Of a stretch of 64,000 bases of DNA, positions 9,846-20,277 are shown one piece after another. Made by a program: the position numbers and the translations under genes. The DNA lies in the IMG/VR virus record IMGVR_UViG_3300009104_000012, positions 9,884 through 73,883 of that record. One strand, written 5' to 3'. A model generated the notes under the pieces. It searched no databases. It was not told where the DNA came from and saw only the letters and a program-made list of their open reading frames with translations. Within the stretch, counting starts at the first letter, position 1, and every line of letters begins with the position of its first letter. The DNA comes from a virus.

Positions 9846-10011
9846 TATCAGGTTCCTCTGCTTCGTTATCTATTTCGTAGCCACAAAACGGACAAGACAA
9901 TGGATCTAAATCCGTCTCTTCATCATTATATACTAACGTATATTTAGATTGACAATTACTGCAATACTTTTTAGTTTTCGTTAATGAAGATGATTCACCG
10001 ATACTTCGCAT
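9817..10011 (-). CDS. Small zinc-ribbon protein
   Basis: CSNC...CPFCG, acidic tail. Confidence 0.65.
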   Translation of the reverse strand: MRSIGESSSLTKTKKYCSNCQSKYTLVYNDEETDLDPLSCPFCGYEIDNEAEEPDNEETEDNWD

Positions 10012-10013
10012 AA

Positions 10014-11114
10014 TTATAACTTGAATTTCTTAAACTGATTTTTCTCTACATCTTGTTTGATACCACCGATAACATAAGATTCTATTTCTGTTTCCTGTGG
10101 TGCGTTTTGTTGTGATCTACTATTCAACCAATGGTCAACCCAAGGTAATGGGTTTGTTTTTTGGTTATATTGGGACTCTAAACCTATAGCTCTCATCCGT
10201 CTATTAGCCATATACTCTACAAATTGGTGTAATAATTTTTCTGATAAACCTATCATACTACCTTGAGAAAATAGATAAGTTGCCCACCTTTTCTCTTCAG
10301 CAACTGCTTCATCATACATTTTATAAACTTGTTGTATGTTATCTCTAATAACTTTTAACATTACCTTATCGTTTTCAACCTCTTTATAGTTGTTTATAAT
10401 TCTTTGTGATACTGCAAGGTGTTGAGACTCGTCTCTTGCAATAAAGGAAATAATCTTTGCACTACCTTCCATTAATTTTAATTCACCAAAGGCAAACGAA
10501 CAAGCAAAAGAAACATAAAATCTTAAACCTTCCAAGATATTTACGGTAACCAATGCTAAATATAATCGTTTCTTTAGTTCATATATATCCACTTTACTCT
10601 TGTCTAATTGATATTTGTAACCTAATTCTATTAAATCATCATAACATTTGGTAACTGAAGCAGCTCTCTTCTCTATCTTCTCATCTGTAATAATGGTATC
10701 AAAAATTTCAGATGGATTTGGATATAAATTTTTCATTATGTAAGTATAAGACCTACTATGAATTGTTTCCATAAAATCCCAGGTAACAATACAACCTTCT
10801 AATTCAGGTATAGATACAAAAGGTAAAAATGCCAAACAAGGTCCTCTACCTTGTACACTATCTAACATTGTTTGGTATTTTAAATTAGATGTAAAGATAT
10901 TCTTTTGATTAGGTAATAATTCTCCATAATCATTTCTATCTTTCTGTAAAGATACTTCTTCTGGTCTCCAGAAAAAACCTAATTGTTGTTGTGTAAGTTT
11001 ATCAAAGATAGGATATTTAAATGTATCATATCTTTGTACTCCTAAATCCTCACCAAAAAACATTGGTTGTTTAGTCATATCTAAATCTTTTGATTTATTA
11101 AAAACGGTTCTCAT
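10014..11114 (-). CDS. nrdB: Ribonucleotide reductase class Ia beta subunit
   Basis: FWRPEEV, ETIHSRSY, LEGLRFYVSF, RDESQH, APQETE. Confidence 0.97.
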   Translation of the reverse strand: MRTVFNKSKDLDMTKQPMFFGEDLGVQRYDTFKYPIFDKLTQQQLGFFWRPEEVSLQKDRNDYGELLPNQKNIFTSNLKYQTMLDSVQGRGPCLAFLPFVSIPELEGCIVTWDFMETIHSRSYTYIMKNLYPNPSEIFDTIITDEKIEKRAASVTKCYDDLIELGYKYQLDKSKVDIYELKKRLYLALVTVNILEGLRFYVSFACSFAFGELKLMEGSAKIISFIARDESQHLAVSQRIINNYKEVENDKVMLKVIRDNIQQVYKMYDEAVAEEKRWATYLFSQGSMIGLSEKLLHQFVEYMANRRMRAIGLESQYNQKTNPLPWVDHWLNSRSQQNAPQETEIESYVIGGIKQDVEKNQFKKFKL

Positions 11115-11512
11115 ATTTCCTTTTTTGTTTCTACTCCATAATATTCTTTATAGTTTTCAATCCAATAGTTAACTCTTTCCATAAACCAATCATAACCATT
11201 GTACCCAACCATTCGGTCCATTTCTTTAAAATTTTCCTCATCATAGATAATAAATGTAGGGACACCTCTTATAGGTTTAATATCCCCTCTTCCAACTGAA
11301 TCTATAAACCATTTAGGTGGTTTACTAGCGTCAATAATTTTTAATGGTAGTGTCTTACTAGCTTCTGTATCTTTATAAGTTGGATACACCTCAACCATAA
11401 ATGCCTGACAATAAGGACAGGTTTTACTATGAAACATTAATAATTCATAAGCATATAATGGAGTACAAAGTAGGAAGAATACTATACTACAAACACTTAT
11501 CAGGCGAGTCAT
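11111..11512 (-). CDS. Exported thioredoxin-fold protein (SoxS-like)
   Basis: Signal-peptide-like MTRLISV...LYA, then ELLMFHSKTCPYC, VPTFII (cis-Pro), RMVGY; start moved to 11512. Confidence 0.7.
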   Translation of the reverse strand: MTRLISVCSIVFFLLCTPLYAYELLMFHSKTCPYCQAFMVEVYPTYKDTEASKTLPLKIIDASKPPKWFIDSVGRGDIKPIRGVPTFIIYDEENFKEMDRMVGYNGYDWFMERVNYWIENYKEYYGVETKKEI

Positions 11513-12218
11513 AGGCGACTTCATCCAAATAATCATTTGAGTCATAATCTTTTTTCTTAAATCTGTTTTCATCTTTTTCTTTCTTATCTTTCAATTCATA
11601 GAAAAAATGGTCATCATCACCTGCTGTCCATTTTTCTTGTGATTCTACGCTGTATACCTTTGTAGAAACTTTGTAATCTGGAAATCTCATTTCACTTGGC
11701 GATAGAGATTTGTCGTAAAATATAGTTCTATTGTTTGGTTGAGCTGCAAAATGTCCATTTTCCAATCTCAATATGTTAAAAGATTTGTGCTGACTTGGTA
11801 CTTCTGAATAAGTTATATTTCTTTCCAAGTTGGTTGAATTGCAAACATCTATGGTAAACATATACCATCCTTTATACATTTTTTTACTAGGTGATAGATA
11901 CTTACATCTATTACCTTCCAATAATTGTTTTTCAATTACTGCAATATCATAACTAAAACAATCCCATAATTCTAATTCAGTTAATGGTATGTCTTCTTTA
12001 AAATCTTCCTTCCAAACAAACGCTGAAATTGGTAACTTATCGTACAAAGCACCTGTCTCATACAAAAATGTTTCAAAGTATAAAGCATTACCTTGAATAC
12101 TTTTTGCTGTTGTCCAAATACCTGGTTCTAATTCACCGTGTCCTTTTTGATGGTCATACAAATACTCTTTCTTAACAAACACCTCTACGTGTGGTATGTT
12201 TGCGACTAGAAATGCCAT
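11487..12218 (-). CDS. Conserved marine T4-like phage hypothetical protein
   Basis: LVANIP..V.KEYLYDH..GHGE...GALYDKLPISAF...WDCFSY...AAQPNNR pattern recalled from cyano/pelagimyoviruses. Confidence 0.65.
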   Translation of the reverse strand: MAFLVANIPHVEVFVKKEYLYDHQKGHGELEPGIWTTAKSIQGNALYFETFLYETGALYDKLPISAFVWKEDFKEDIPLTELELWDCFSYDIAVIEKQLLEGNRCKYLSPSKKMYKGWYMFTIDVCNSTNLERNITYSEVPSQHKSFNILRLENGHFAAQPNNRTIFYDKSLSPSEMRFPDYKVSTKVYSVESQEKWTAGDDDHFFYELKDKKEKDENRFKKKDYDSNDYLDEVAYDSPDKCL

Positions 12219-12227
12219 AAAGTTCCT

Positions 12228-14528
12228 TTATATTACACACGATTCACAATCCTCTGGATCGCCTGTAGGTTGATGTTCTACTTCACTTGTATTGGAATCT
12301 GACAACACTTTATCATTTTGATCTAAATCTTTCTTACTATCATATGTGTTTTGATAATATGAAGTCTTCCATCCATACTTATATGTATTTAATAAGTCTT
12401 CTGCCATCTTTGATATTGGTACCTGACCATCTTTATAATGTTCAGGATTATATGACCAATTACCGCTGATAGCCTGATCAAAATACTTTTGCATTACCGA
12501 GACTATGTTTATATATCCTTCATTTGATTTCATATCCCATAGTAAAGTATAATTATTTTTTAGTCTTCTATAATCTGGTACAACCTGTTTTAAAGGTCCC
12601 TTTTTACTTTTCTTTATAGAAAGATAATCTCTAGGTGGTTCTATGCCATTGGTGGCATTAGAAACCACACTAGAGGATTCAGACGGCATTTGAGCTGTGA
12701 GTGTGCTATGACGGAGGCCAGTCTCAACAATCTCCTTTCGGAGTTTCTCCCAATTGAAAGATAATTTGCGGCTAACAATTTCATCTACTTCCTTTTTATA
12801 GGTGTCAATTGGTAAGATACCATCGGAATATTTTGTCTTATTAAAGTATTCACATTTACCTTTTTCTTTTGCTAGAGTTAAACTAGATTGTAAAAGGTAA
12901 TATTGGAAAGCTTCTGATAACTTATCTACTTCTCTCCAACCTTGTTTATCTTCATAAGAATAACCTAATTTTGCCAAATAATGTGCTAACCCTATATAAC
13001 CAATGCCTAAACTTCTTCTGGCTTTAGTTGATATTTCAGCAGCTTTTACTGGATATTTTTGAAGGTCTATAACTTCATCAAGAGCCCTTACGGCTAAATC
13101 ACATATAGGTTCTAACTCATCTAAACTATTAATCTTACCTACATTAACAGCAGATAAAATACATAGAGCAATCTCACCGTCCTCACCATCTATATGTTGA
13201 ATTGGTTTGGTTGGTAATGTTATCTCTTGACATAAGTTAGACATTGTAATTCTATCCTTAAATGAGGAGTGAGTATTACAATGGTCTATATTCATAATGT
13301 ATATACGACCTGTTTCAGCTCTTTCTTTTAGCATTGCCATAAACAATTCTTGAGCTGATATTTTAATTTTACTTATTGATGTTTTTCGTTCAGCAATTTG
13401 GTACAAATTATCAAACTCTTTTGTACCAAATGCCTCAACTAATTCAGGTACGTCGTGTGGAGAAAACAAGGTGATGTCTTCGTCATTTATAAATCGTTCA
13501 TAGAATAATTTGGATAATTGTATGGAATAATCCAATTTTCTTACTCTATTATCTTCCGTACCTTTATTATTTTTTAATACTAATATGTCTTCTATTTCTT
13601 GGTGCCAAATAGGGAAGTGAGTAGTTGCACTCCCGCCTCTAACTCCATTTTGAGTACAACACTTAACCGTTGCTTCAAACTTTTTAAGGAAAGGGATAAC
13701 TCCTGTATGTTGGACCTCACCTCCCCTAATTTTCGAGTTGATTCCTCGAATCCGACCTGCATTGATCCCAATTCCAGCACGCTGGGCAATGTAGCGGCCA
13801 ATAGCCATATCACTAGAAAAGATACTAGGTAAAGTATCATCAATATCAACCAGTACACAACTAGCATACTGCCTAACAGGAGTCCTAACACCCGCCATAA
13901 CAGGCGTAGGAATATTGATTTTAAATCTGGATATAGCGTCATAATACCTTTTAACATAACTCATCCTCTTATTTTTAGGGTACTTTGCAAAGATAGTAGC
14001 TGCTATCATCATATACATAAACTGGGGTGTCTCATACACCGTACCAGAGCTTCTATCTTGAACAAGGTACTTATCTATGATTTGCCTTAATCCTGCATAG
14101 GTAAAATCATAATCTCTTTCGTGTGTAATCCAATTTTCCATTCTATCAAAATCTTTTTTCTCATAATTTTTTAGAATAGATTCGTCATAAACTTTTTTCT
14201 CAACACAATTAGTTACGTGTTTATAAAAATGTGGGTGGTCCCATAGTCTGTGGAATATTTGTTTTCTTAATGAATATAAAAGTAATCTAGCAGCAACATA
14301 TTGATAGTTTGGTGCTTCAAGGGAAATTAAATCTGAAGCTGACTTGATTAATATTTGTTGAATTTCTTTTGTGGTTATGTTATCATAAAATTGTAAATCA
14401 CTATTCATTTCAACCTGTGAGGAAGATACACCACTTATATCTTCACAAGCATACTCAACCATTTCGTGTATCTTATCAATATTAAGAGGTTCTATACCTC
14501 TACCATTACGTTTCTTAACATTTATCAT
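12228..14528 (-). CDS. nrdA: Ribonucleotide reductase class Ia alpha subunit with ATP cone
   Basis: VKKRNG ATP cone, ASCVL, SNLCQEI, TSYY, C-terminal CESC. Confidence 0.97.
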   Translation of the reverse strand: MINVKKRNGRGIEPLNIDKIHEMVEYACEDISGVSSSQVEMNSDLQFYDNITTKEIQQILIKSASDLISLEAPNYQYVAARLLLYSLRKQIFHRLWDHPHFYKHVTNCVEKKVYDESILKNYEKKDFDRMENWITHERDYDFTYAGLRQIIDKYLVQDRSSGTVYETPQFMYMMIAATIFAKYPKNKRMSYVKRYYDAISRFKINIPTPVMAGVRTPVRQYASCVLVDIDDTLPSIFSSDMAIGRYIAQRAGIGINAGRIRGINSKIRGGEVQHTGVIPFLKKFEATVKCCTQNGVRGGSATTHFPIWHQEIEDILVLKNNKGTEDNRVRKLDYSIQLSKLFYERFINDEDITLFSPHDVPELVEAFGTKEFDNLYQIAERKTSISKIKISAQELFMAMLKERAETGRIYIMNIDHCNTHSSFKDRITMSNLCQEITLPTKPIQHIDGEDGEIALCILSAVNVGKINSLDELEPICDLAVRALDEVIDLQKYPVKAAEISTKARRSLGIGYIGLAHYLAKLGYSYEDKQGWREVDKLSEAFQYYLLQSSLTLAKEKGKCEYFNKTKYSDGILPIDTYKKEVDEIVSRKLSFNWEKLRKEIVETGLRHSTLTAQMPSESSSVVSNATNGIEPPRDYLSIKKSKKGPLKQVVPDYRRLKNNYTLLWDMKSNEGYINIVSVMQKYFDQAISGNWSYNPEHYKDGQVPISKMAEDLLNTYKYGWKTSYYQNTYDSKKDLDQNDKVLSDSNTSEVEHQPTGDPEDCESCVI

Positions 14529-14536
14529 TCAACCTC

Positions 14537-15529
14537 CTAGCACCTTTTAAATGTATTTAATCTTGTCAACGCCTCTAATTTGGAAAATGTATTACTATCT
14601 ATCATCTGTTTGACCTTCACTTGGTCTAGTCCAGATTGTATCATTTCATTTATATCTTTACACTTCATATCTTCGGGCCATATTACTATATTAAAATCTT
14701 TCTCTATTACTTTATACATCTTATCAATAATTTCTTTGTTGCGAGGTTCGTTATCGAATATGTATGTTATATCTTCCGTCTTCACACGCAAAGTCAAATC
14801 TGAACCTGCAGCTGCAATACAATTATCTATAAACAAACTATCAATTGGTCCTTCTGTTATGTAAATATGTTGTTGATAATTTACTCTTTCAAGACCATAT
14901 ATCTTTTGTTTATTTTCATCTAATTTTATTGTAACGTATTTCGGTTGTTCTTTTCCAAATGCACGACCTTGGAAAGCAAAAAGGTTTCCTGATACATCAA
15001 AGAAAGGTATGATCAATCTTGGATGTTCATATCTTTCATTAAACGTATCAGGTTTAACCTTCTTCACAAGCGAATAAAATTTGCTACAATAATATAATCT
15101 TCCATAATGAACGGGAGGAATCAATCTCGAGCTAATATACTTCCTTGCTGGATGTGATTCAGCAAGTTCATCAATAGATTTTAAACCAGATAATATATTT
15201 GTTTCAAACTTTGGTGGTTTAAAATCAAACAAAGGTTTTGGCGTCGCTGGGGCCGACCCTTTATATCGTTCTAGTAAATATGCTTCATACATTTTAGGGT
15301 CAACAAACTTAATAAAGTTTGCAAGATTTTGACCCATACCACAATTATGGCATTTGAAAAACATATCGTTCTTTACACGATAAAAATATCCTCTTGCTTT
15401 AGTCTTACTCTTCTGACTATCACCACAATGGGGACATCTGAAATTAAATAAGTATTCTGTTCTTTTTTTAAACTGGTCTAACCGTAGGGCTAGCTGGTTA
15501 ATAAATTTTAAATCAATATAATTTGACAT
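14537..15529 (-). CDS. T4 gp61-like DNA primase
   Basis: FRCPHCGDS...KCHNC zinc finger, TOPRIM ITEGPIDS, FDNEPRN, KDINEM. Confidence 0.93.
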   Translation of the reverse strand: MSNYIDLKFINQLALRLDQFKKRTEYLFNFRCPHCGDSQKSKTKARGYFYRVKNDMFFKCHNCGMGQNLANFIKFVDPKMYEAYLLERYKGSAPATPKPLFDFKPPKFETNILSGLKSIDELAESHPARKYISSRLIPPVHYGRLYYCSKFYSLVKKVKPDTFNERYEHPRLIIPFFDVSGNLFAFQGRAFGKEQPKYVTIKLDENKQKIYGLERVNYQQHIYITEGPIDSLFIDNCIAAAGSDLTLRVKTEDITYIFDNEPRNKEIIDKMYKVIEKDFNIVIWPEDMKCKDINEMIQSGLDQVKVKQMIDSNTFSKLEALTRLNTFKRC

Positions 15530-15555
15530 TCACACACTCAATTTGTATAAGGATC

Positions 15556-15584
15556 ATATTACACCATCTAGTGTAAAAAGTCAA
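15556..15584 (-). promoter_or_regulatory. sigma70-type promoter upstream of primase
   Basis: TTGACT-N17-TAATAT. Confidence 0.65.
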
Positions 15585-15591
15585 GTCTCCT

Positions 15592-16017
15592 TTACTTCAT
15601 CATTTCAATAATCTCGGAGAAATTTCCTCCCACAATCCATCCTATAACTATTGCTCCACCTAATATAATCCAACGGTATTTCTCCAACATACCAACTCTA
15701 CCACCTATATCATTTCTCAATGCTTTAATTTCGGTAAGTAACCGTCTTTCCACACTATCCATTTCATTTCTTAATTGTGTGGATAATTCTTCAATCTGGT
15801 CTTGTCGGTCTTTTAATTTTGTAAAGATTATTTCATCTACCTTTTCTTGTTGAGATAATTTCTCTTCGTGTACAGCCAGCATAGACTTTATACTACCTGA
15901 TACTTCGGTAAGTTTACCTATTGCTGTGTCTAATCGTTCTTGGATTGATGTTGCAATAACAACATCTTTTTTAAGATTTTCTACATCTATTTTTAAATCT
16001 ACTATTGGGTCCGCCAT
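15592..16017 (-). CDS. Coiled-coil protein with C-terminal membrane anchor
   Basis: Heptad-rich body, WIILGGAIVIGWIV TM segment. Confidence 0.65.
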   Translation of the reverse strand: MADPIVDLKIDVENLKKDVVIATSIQERLDTAIGKLTEVSGSIKSMLAVHEEKLSQQEKVDEIIFTKLKDRQDQIEELSTQLRNEMDSVERRLLTEIKALRNDIGGRVGMLEKYRWIILGGAIVIGWIVGGNFSEIIEMMK

Positions 16018-16018
16018 A

Positions 16019-18211
16019 TTAATCCGTTTGTATAATAGTTATATTAGGTTGTGTAGAGGATGTCCCTACATCAATATGTTGAGCCTCTTTGTCTTGTAGT
16101 ATCTGAATATCAGCCTCTTTACTAGTTTCTACTTCAATATAAGCTCTATGATTATCATTATATCTATTTATGATTGTGTAATCACCTGAAGTTGAGGCAG
16201 TTGCGTCAAAGTCATTATTCAATGTTGATACTCTTCCTGTTGAAGTGGTACTTGTTGACACACCACCGCTGGTTGTAGTTAAAGTTTGGGTAATATCTCC
16301 TGTAGTATAATTTAAAACTTCTCCACTAGCAGTTACCAAAGTTTCTGCAACCGTATTGTCAACCCATTCTGTACCACATTTTTGATTTGCATTGTCCCAA
16401 TAGTATCCATAGTAATCACAATACCATTCATCTAATTCTGCCAACCATAATTCTAATTCCAAATCTGCGTCATAATCATCTTCATAACCATACTCCTCAT
16501 CTAACGAAGTGCTATCGTCTCCTGAATCTCCATATGTTCCTGTATAATACCAACTATATGTATTGTCATAAAATAAATTCCAATCTTCATAAGTCCACTC
16601 ACTTACATACTTATCTTTTAATCCTTCCATCTTCCAAGGTTTAGGTTGTCCATCACACCACTCATAGTTAGGCCAAGAACCACACCAACCATACCATTTT
16701 TTAAATAATTTTTTTGCTTTCTTTTCCCACGAATCAAAGTCTTTAAATAATGACCAATCATCAGCATACCATTCGTTTAAGTAGTCTAGGTATTTTTGAT
16801 CACACCAAGATGAATCATATCCATTATATTCACAATAGTTTGTTATTGTTAATTCAGGTGGACCACCAGCAGCAATGTATTCTGAATTGTTATAGTAGTC
16901 ATCTGATAAATCAAAATCTTCCCAAGTATATCCTTCAGTTGTTGATGTTGCGTCATCAACTACTTCTTCCGTTTTATCTTCTACAACAGCTGCATTGTAA
17001 GAAGTTAATCCATAGTCTTCTAATAATTTGTTGTATTCAGCTTCATATGCGTCCCAATCTACCTCGTCCCAATTTATAGAGTCCCAATTGATAGTATCCC
17101 AAGAACAATCTGAACAACCAATAGCGTCAAGGTATGCTTGGTCCATTTCTGAATACATTTTTTTCGCCTCGTCCCAATCCATTTTCTGTTCACCTTCGGC
17201 ATCCCAAACTGATATTTGGTTCTCTTCATCAATATAACCCCAATCTTTTAAGTCTTCTTCCCACTCATCATAATAAGATGTATCTATTTCTTCATCTATT
17301 ATTACTTCTTCTATTGCAATATCTTGGACTACATTTGTTTCTACTTCTATTGTATCAACTGCTAAATCTGTAGTGGTGCTTTCAGTTTTACCTTCTTCTA
17401 CCGTTAACTCTTCAGAAATAATTGCTTCTTCAATCTTTTGTGCCTCTTCACTATCAATTTCAATGTCTTCAAGTTTTGATTCATCCATTTCTATTTCTTG
17501 CCAACCAATGTCTTCATTTTCCATTGCTAAAGTAGTATATTTTTTCTCATCTTTAATTTCTTTTTCCATATCATCTATCTTCATCAAATCTTTTTGTTCT
17601 ACTGGAGATAATACTTTTGGTGGTTTAGGTGCTAAGTCATTTGAAAGTACGGTTACAGATTCATATACTTGATTAAGTGTTTGAGAACCTGCGTCATTAG
17701 ATACCGTAACCTCACCTATATTTCCTGAAGAATCAGGAAGTAATGTAATTGTAGTTTTACCTGAAGTTTCTACCGTACCTGTAAATGCTGTACCTTGTAC
17801 CGTAATTGAAGCAGTTGCTGTAGTAATGTTTACTTCACCACCTAATTTAGATATTGTTCCTGATTCATATGTAAATGACCCTACATTGACATTAATGTTC
17901 ATTGCAATTTCTATTGGTACAACCGAAGTATCAAAAGCAAATTCATCTATAGTTAATTCTGTATTAGGTCCCATTGTAAACTTGGTGTTATCAACATAAG
18001 ATAGAATCATACCACCATCTTCTCCTGTCTGGAGAAAATCGTTCATCTGTAAAGCATAACCCATTGAGGTTTTTTGGGTCTCTCCGTCTCTTTCGTTCCA
18101 AGTGGAACCCATTTGACCTACTACCTCTCCTACATTAACTGCAAGAGCACTAGTACAAAATGCCAGGAAAAAGGCAACTAATAAAAATAGTTTCCTCATT
18201 TTAACACCCAC
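16019..18211 (-). CDS. Secreted FecR-domain protein with long acidic, Trp/Tyr-rich C-terminal region
   Basis: Signal peptide; LQMNDFLQTGEDG...FTMGPNTELTID...TATASITVQGTAF FecR pattern. Confidence 0.75.
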   Translation of the reverse strand: MGVKMRKLFLLVAFFLAFCTSALAVNVGEVVGQMGSTWNERDGETQKTSMGYALQMNDFLQTGEDGGMILSYVDNTKFTMGPNTELTIDEFAFDTSVVPIEIAMNINVNVGSFTYESGTISKLGGEVNITTATASITVQGTAFTGTVETSGKTTITLLPDSSGNIGEVTVSNDAGSQTLNQVYESVTVLSNDLAPKPPKVLSPVEQKDLMKIDDMEKEIKDEKKYTTLAMENEDIGWQEIEMDESKLEDIEIDSEEAQKIEEAIISEELTVEEGKTESTTTDLAVDTIEVETNVVQDIAIEEVIIDEEIDTSYYDEWEEDLKDWGYIDEENQISVWDAEGEQKMDWDEAKKMYSEMDQAYLDAIGCSDCSWDTINWDSINWDEVDWDAYEAEYNKLLEDYGLTSYNAAVVEDKTEEVVDDATSTTEGYTWEDFDLSDDYYNNSEYIAAGGPPELTITNYCEYNGYDSSWCDQKYLDYLNEWYADDWSLFKDFDSWEKKAKKLFKKWYGWCGSWPNYEWCDGQPKPWKMEGLKDKYVSEWTYEDWNLFYDNTYSWYYTGTYGDSGDDSTSLDEEYGYEDDYDADLELELWLAELDEWYCDYYGYYWDNANQKCGTEWVDNTVAETLVTASGEVLNYTTGDITQTLTTTSGGVSTSTTSTGRVSTLNNDFDATASTSGDYTIINRYNDNHRAYIEVETSKEADIQILQDKEAQHIDVGTSSTQPNITIIQTD

Positions 18212-19286
18212 TATTAGTTAATTGAATAGTTGTATCTTCTGTTTGATTATTTCTGTTATAAGAATAAGTACAAGAATCAGAACCGTCTTGGTCTACTAGT
18301 AAAGTAAAGTCATAAATTGAATCACCTGATACGGTAAGATTTGCTGTATTACTTCCGTTTAATTGTTTTAATTCAACAACTGCTTCACTTGTATAGATAT
18401 AAACATATGCTGTATTACTTCCACCATTTCCATAATATCTAAACACATTACTATTACCACTAGTTACCGTTTTCATATAATTATTATTACCTCTTTGTAC
18501 CATTCTAACGTGAGAACCTGAAACGTCTGGATGAACATCTAAAATATTTGAGTTGCCTATTACGTCGTGTACTTGGTAGTTGCCTGTACCCCAAGAAGCC
18601 ATATGTACTTGATTTGAATTACCAATTATATAAACATCTATCGTTGCGCCTTCACTTCCTGAAGTATCTGCAAATTGTCCGTGTGAAGCAACCTGTGGAC
18701 CAATTGCCTTATTGGAGTTTGTATTCATACCTTCTGATAAAGTAGGGTGTGAATAAAATTCTACATCATTTGAATCACCAGACATAAGAACATATAAGAA
18801 ATGACCATCACCTCTACTATACATCCAAAAATCATTTGAGTCTCCAACTATATCTAAATCAACATTGGTAAGTTTAACATCATCACTTGTAACCGTATCT
18901 ATTTCTACTATGTTTGAACCACCTGTAATATCAATATCATAATAATGTCCTTCAGCACCAACATCATCTAAATCTACTCTTAATATATTAGAATTACCTG
19001 TAGCTGTATAATCAAAGGTCATATCCTCACCCATAAATGATTTATGGTTGCTATCGGTTACTAGATTTGAATTACCTATTTGTTTAATGATAAGAGTTAA
19101 GTTGTTACCTCTCATATTGAAAGTAGATGAGGTACTTATACCAACTTTATTACCAGAGCCATCTTGCTTGATGTAAATTGATCCGTCTGTGTCTTGATTG
19201 TCTTGTTTTATCCAAACAGAATTACCTGCCCAACAATTAGTTGTTAGGGTTACCAGAGTCACTAGAATCATTATCAGTTTTTTCAT
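18201..19286 (-). CDS. Curlin-repeat protein (CsgA/CsgB-like)
   Basis: Signal peptide; ~22-24 aa repeats I-x-Q-x-G-x-x-N / G-x-S-N (IKQDGSGN, IKQIGNSN, VQRGNNN); downstream of csgG. Confidence 0.8.
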   Translation of the reverse strand: MKKLIMILVTLVTLTTNCWAGNSVWIKQDNQDTDGSIYIKQDGSGNKVGISTSSTFNMRGNNLTLIIKQIGNSNLVTDSNHKSFMGEDMTFDYTATGNSNILRVDLDDVGAEGHYYDIDITGGSNIVEIDTVTSDDVKLTNVDLDIVGDSNDFWMYSRGDGHFLYVLMSGDSNDVEFYSHPTLSEGMNTNSNKAIGPQVASHGQFADTSGSEGATIDVYIIGNSNQVHMASWGTGNYQVHDVIGNSNILDVHPDVSGSHVRMVQRGNNNYMKTVTSGNSNVFRYYGNGGSNTAYVYIYTSEAVVELKQLNGSNTANLTVSGDSIYDFTLLVDQDGSDSCTYSYNRNNQTEDTTIQLTNSGC

Positions 19287-20277
19287 CTTGCTCCTCCTTT
19301 TCGTCTGTATCTATTTGGTTCCATTCTGCTTCGTTAGCTTCTTCTTTTAATTTCTCGTCTGCTATTTCATTTTCTTGTTTAAGTTTCTTTTCTTCAAGGA
19401 ATTCTTCATAAGTCTTTTCTTTTTTAGGTCCTGTATCGTGTATATTAAGTTCAATAGCATTCATTTCTACAACTGGTTTATCTTCAACAGCAATCTCTTC
19501 TATTGCCAGTTCTTTATATCTCCACAATCCTTTATCAACACCTTCTTTTATTAATTCTACTACACCTTTTTCAATTGCTTTTCTTACTGCAAAGGTAACT
19601 GGTTCATTTCTAGCAACACCAGCTTCTACTTCTAATAACATTGTATCAGCGTCAAAGTATTTAAATATATCTGCACCTCTTGATGTAGAAAATATAGTCT
19701 TCTCTATTGTAGTTGTTATAACTACTTCACCACTTTGTACATTAACCAATCTTAATATAATAGTAACCACATCTTGTCTGTATTGTGCGTGGTTTTGTAT
19801 ACCTAAAATTCTTGCACCAACACCACCTGATTTAATATCAGAATCATACCCAACTATACCACCTGTGATATATGCACCAGCAAATAGTAATGCTGGTAAA
19901 GGTTCAGCACCTTCTCCATCTACTTGTTGTCTTGTAGACCTAATTAATTTTCTTTCTTGTAAGAGACTTGGTAAACTTGCTCTTTCAACAACTCTAAACC
20001 ATTTGCCATCGCCTGCGTCTTGTAATGCCTTAATTAATAATTGATAAGACCCTTGCGTTACCGCTGTACTCATTGAAGCAAAGTCTCCACCTGGTTTCTT
20101 TTGACCTGTTAAGTCAACGAAATCATAAACAGCAATGACTATTGGGTCGCCTTCTAGTTGCTCAACTTTTTCTAAATCTTTATAAGCAACATCAGCTATT
20201 CTTACATCAAAGTCTGGTTTGCCAGCACAACTAACTAATAATAAAGTTAGTAAAAATATTCCTATGTACTTAAACAT
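19237..20277 (-). CDS. csgG: Curli secretion channel lipoprotein CsgG
   Basis: Lipobox LVSC, IAVYDFVDLTGQKK, STAVTQG, WFRVVER, LLQERKLIRS, GGIVGYD, EAGVARNEP. Confidence 0.93.
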   Translation of the reverse strand: MFKYIGIFLLTLLLVSCAGKPDFDVRIADVAYKDLEKVEQLEGDPIVIAVYDFVDLTGQKKPGGDFASMSTAVTQGSYQLLIKALQDAGDGKWFRVVERASLPSLLQERKLIRSTRQQVDGEGAEPLPALLFAGAYITGGIVGYDSDIKSGGVGARILGIQNHAQYRQDVVTIILRLVNVQSGEVVITTTIEKTIFSTSRGADIFKYFDADTMLLEVEAGVARNEPVTFAVRKAIEKGVVELIKEGVDKGLWRYKELAIEEIAVEDKPVVEMNAIELNIHDTGPKKEKTYEEFLEEKKLKQENEIADEKLKEEANEAEWNQIDTDEKEEQDEKTDNDSSDSGNPNN

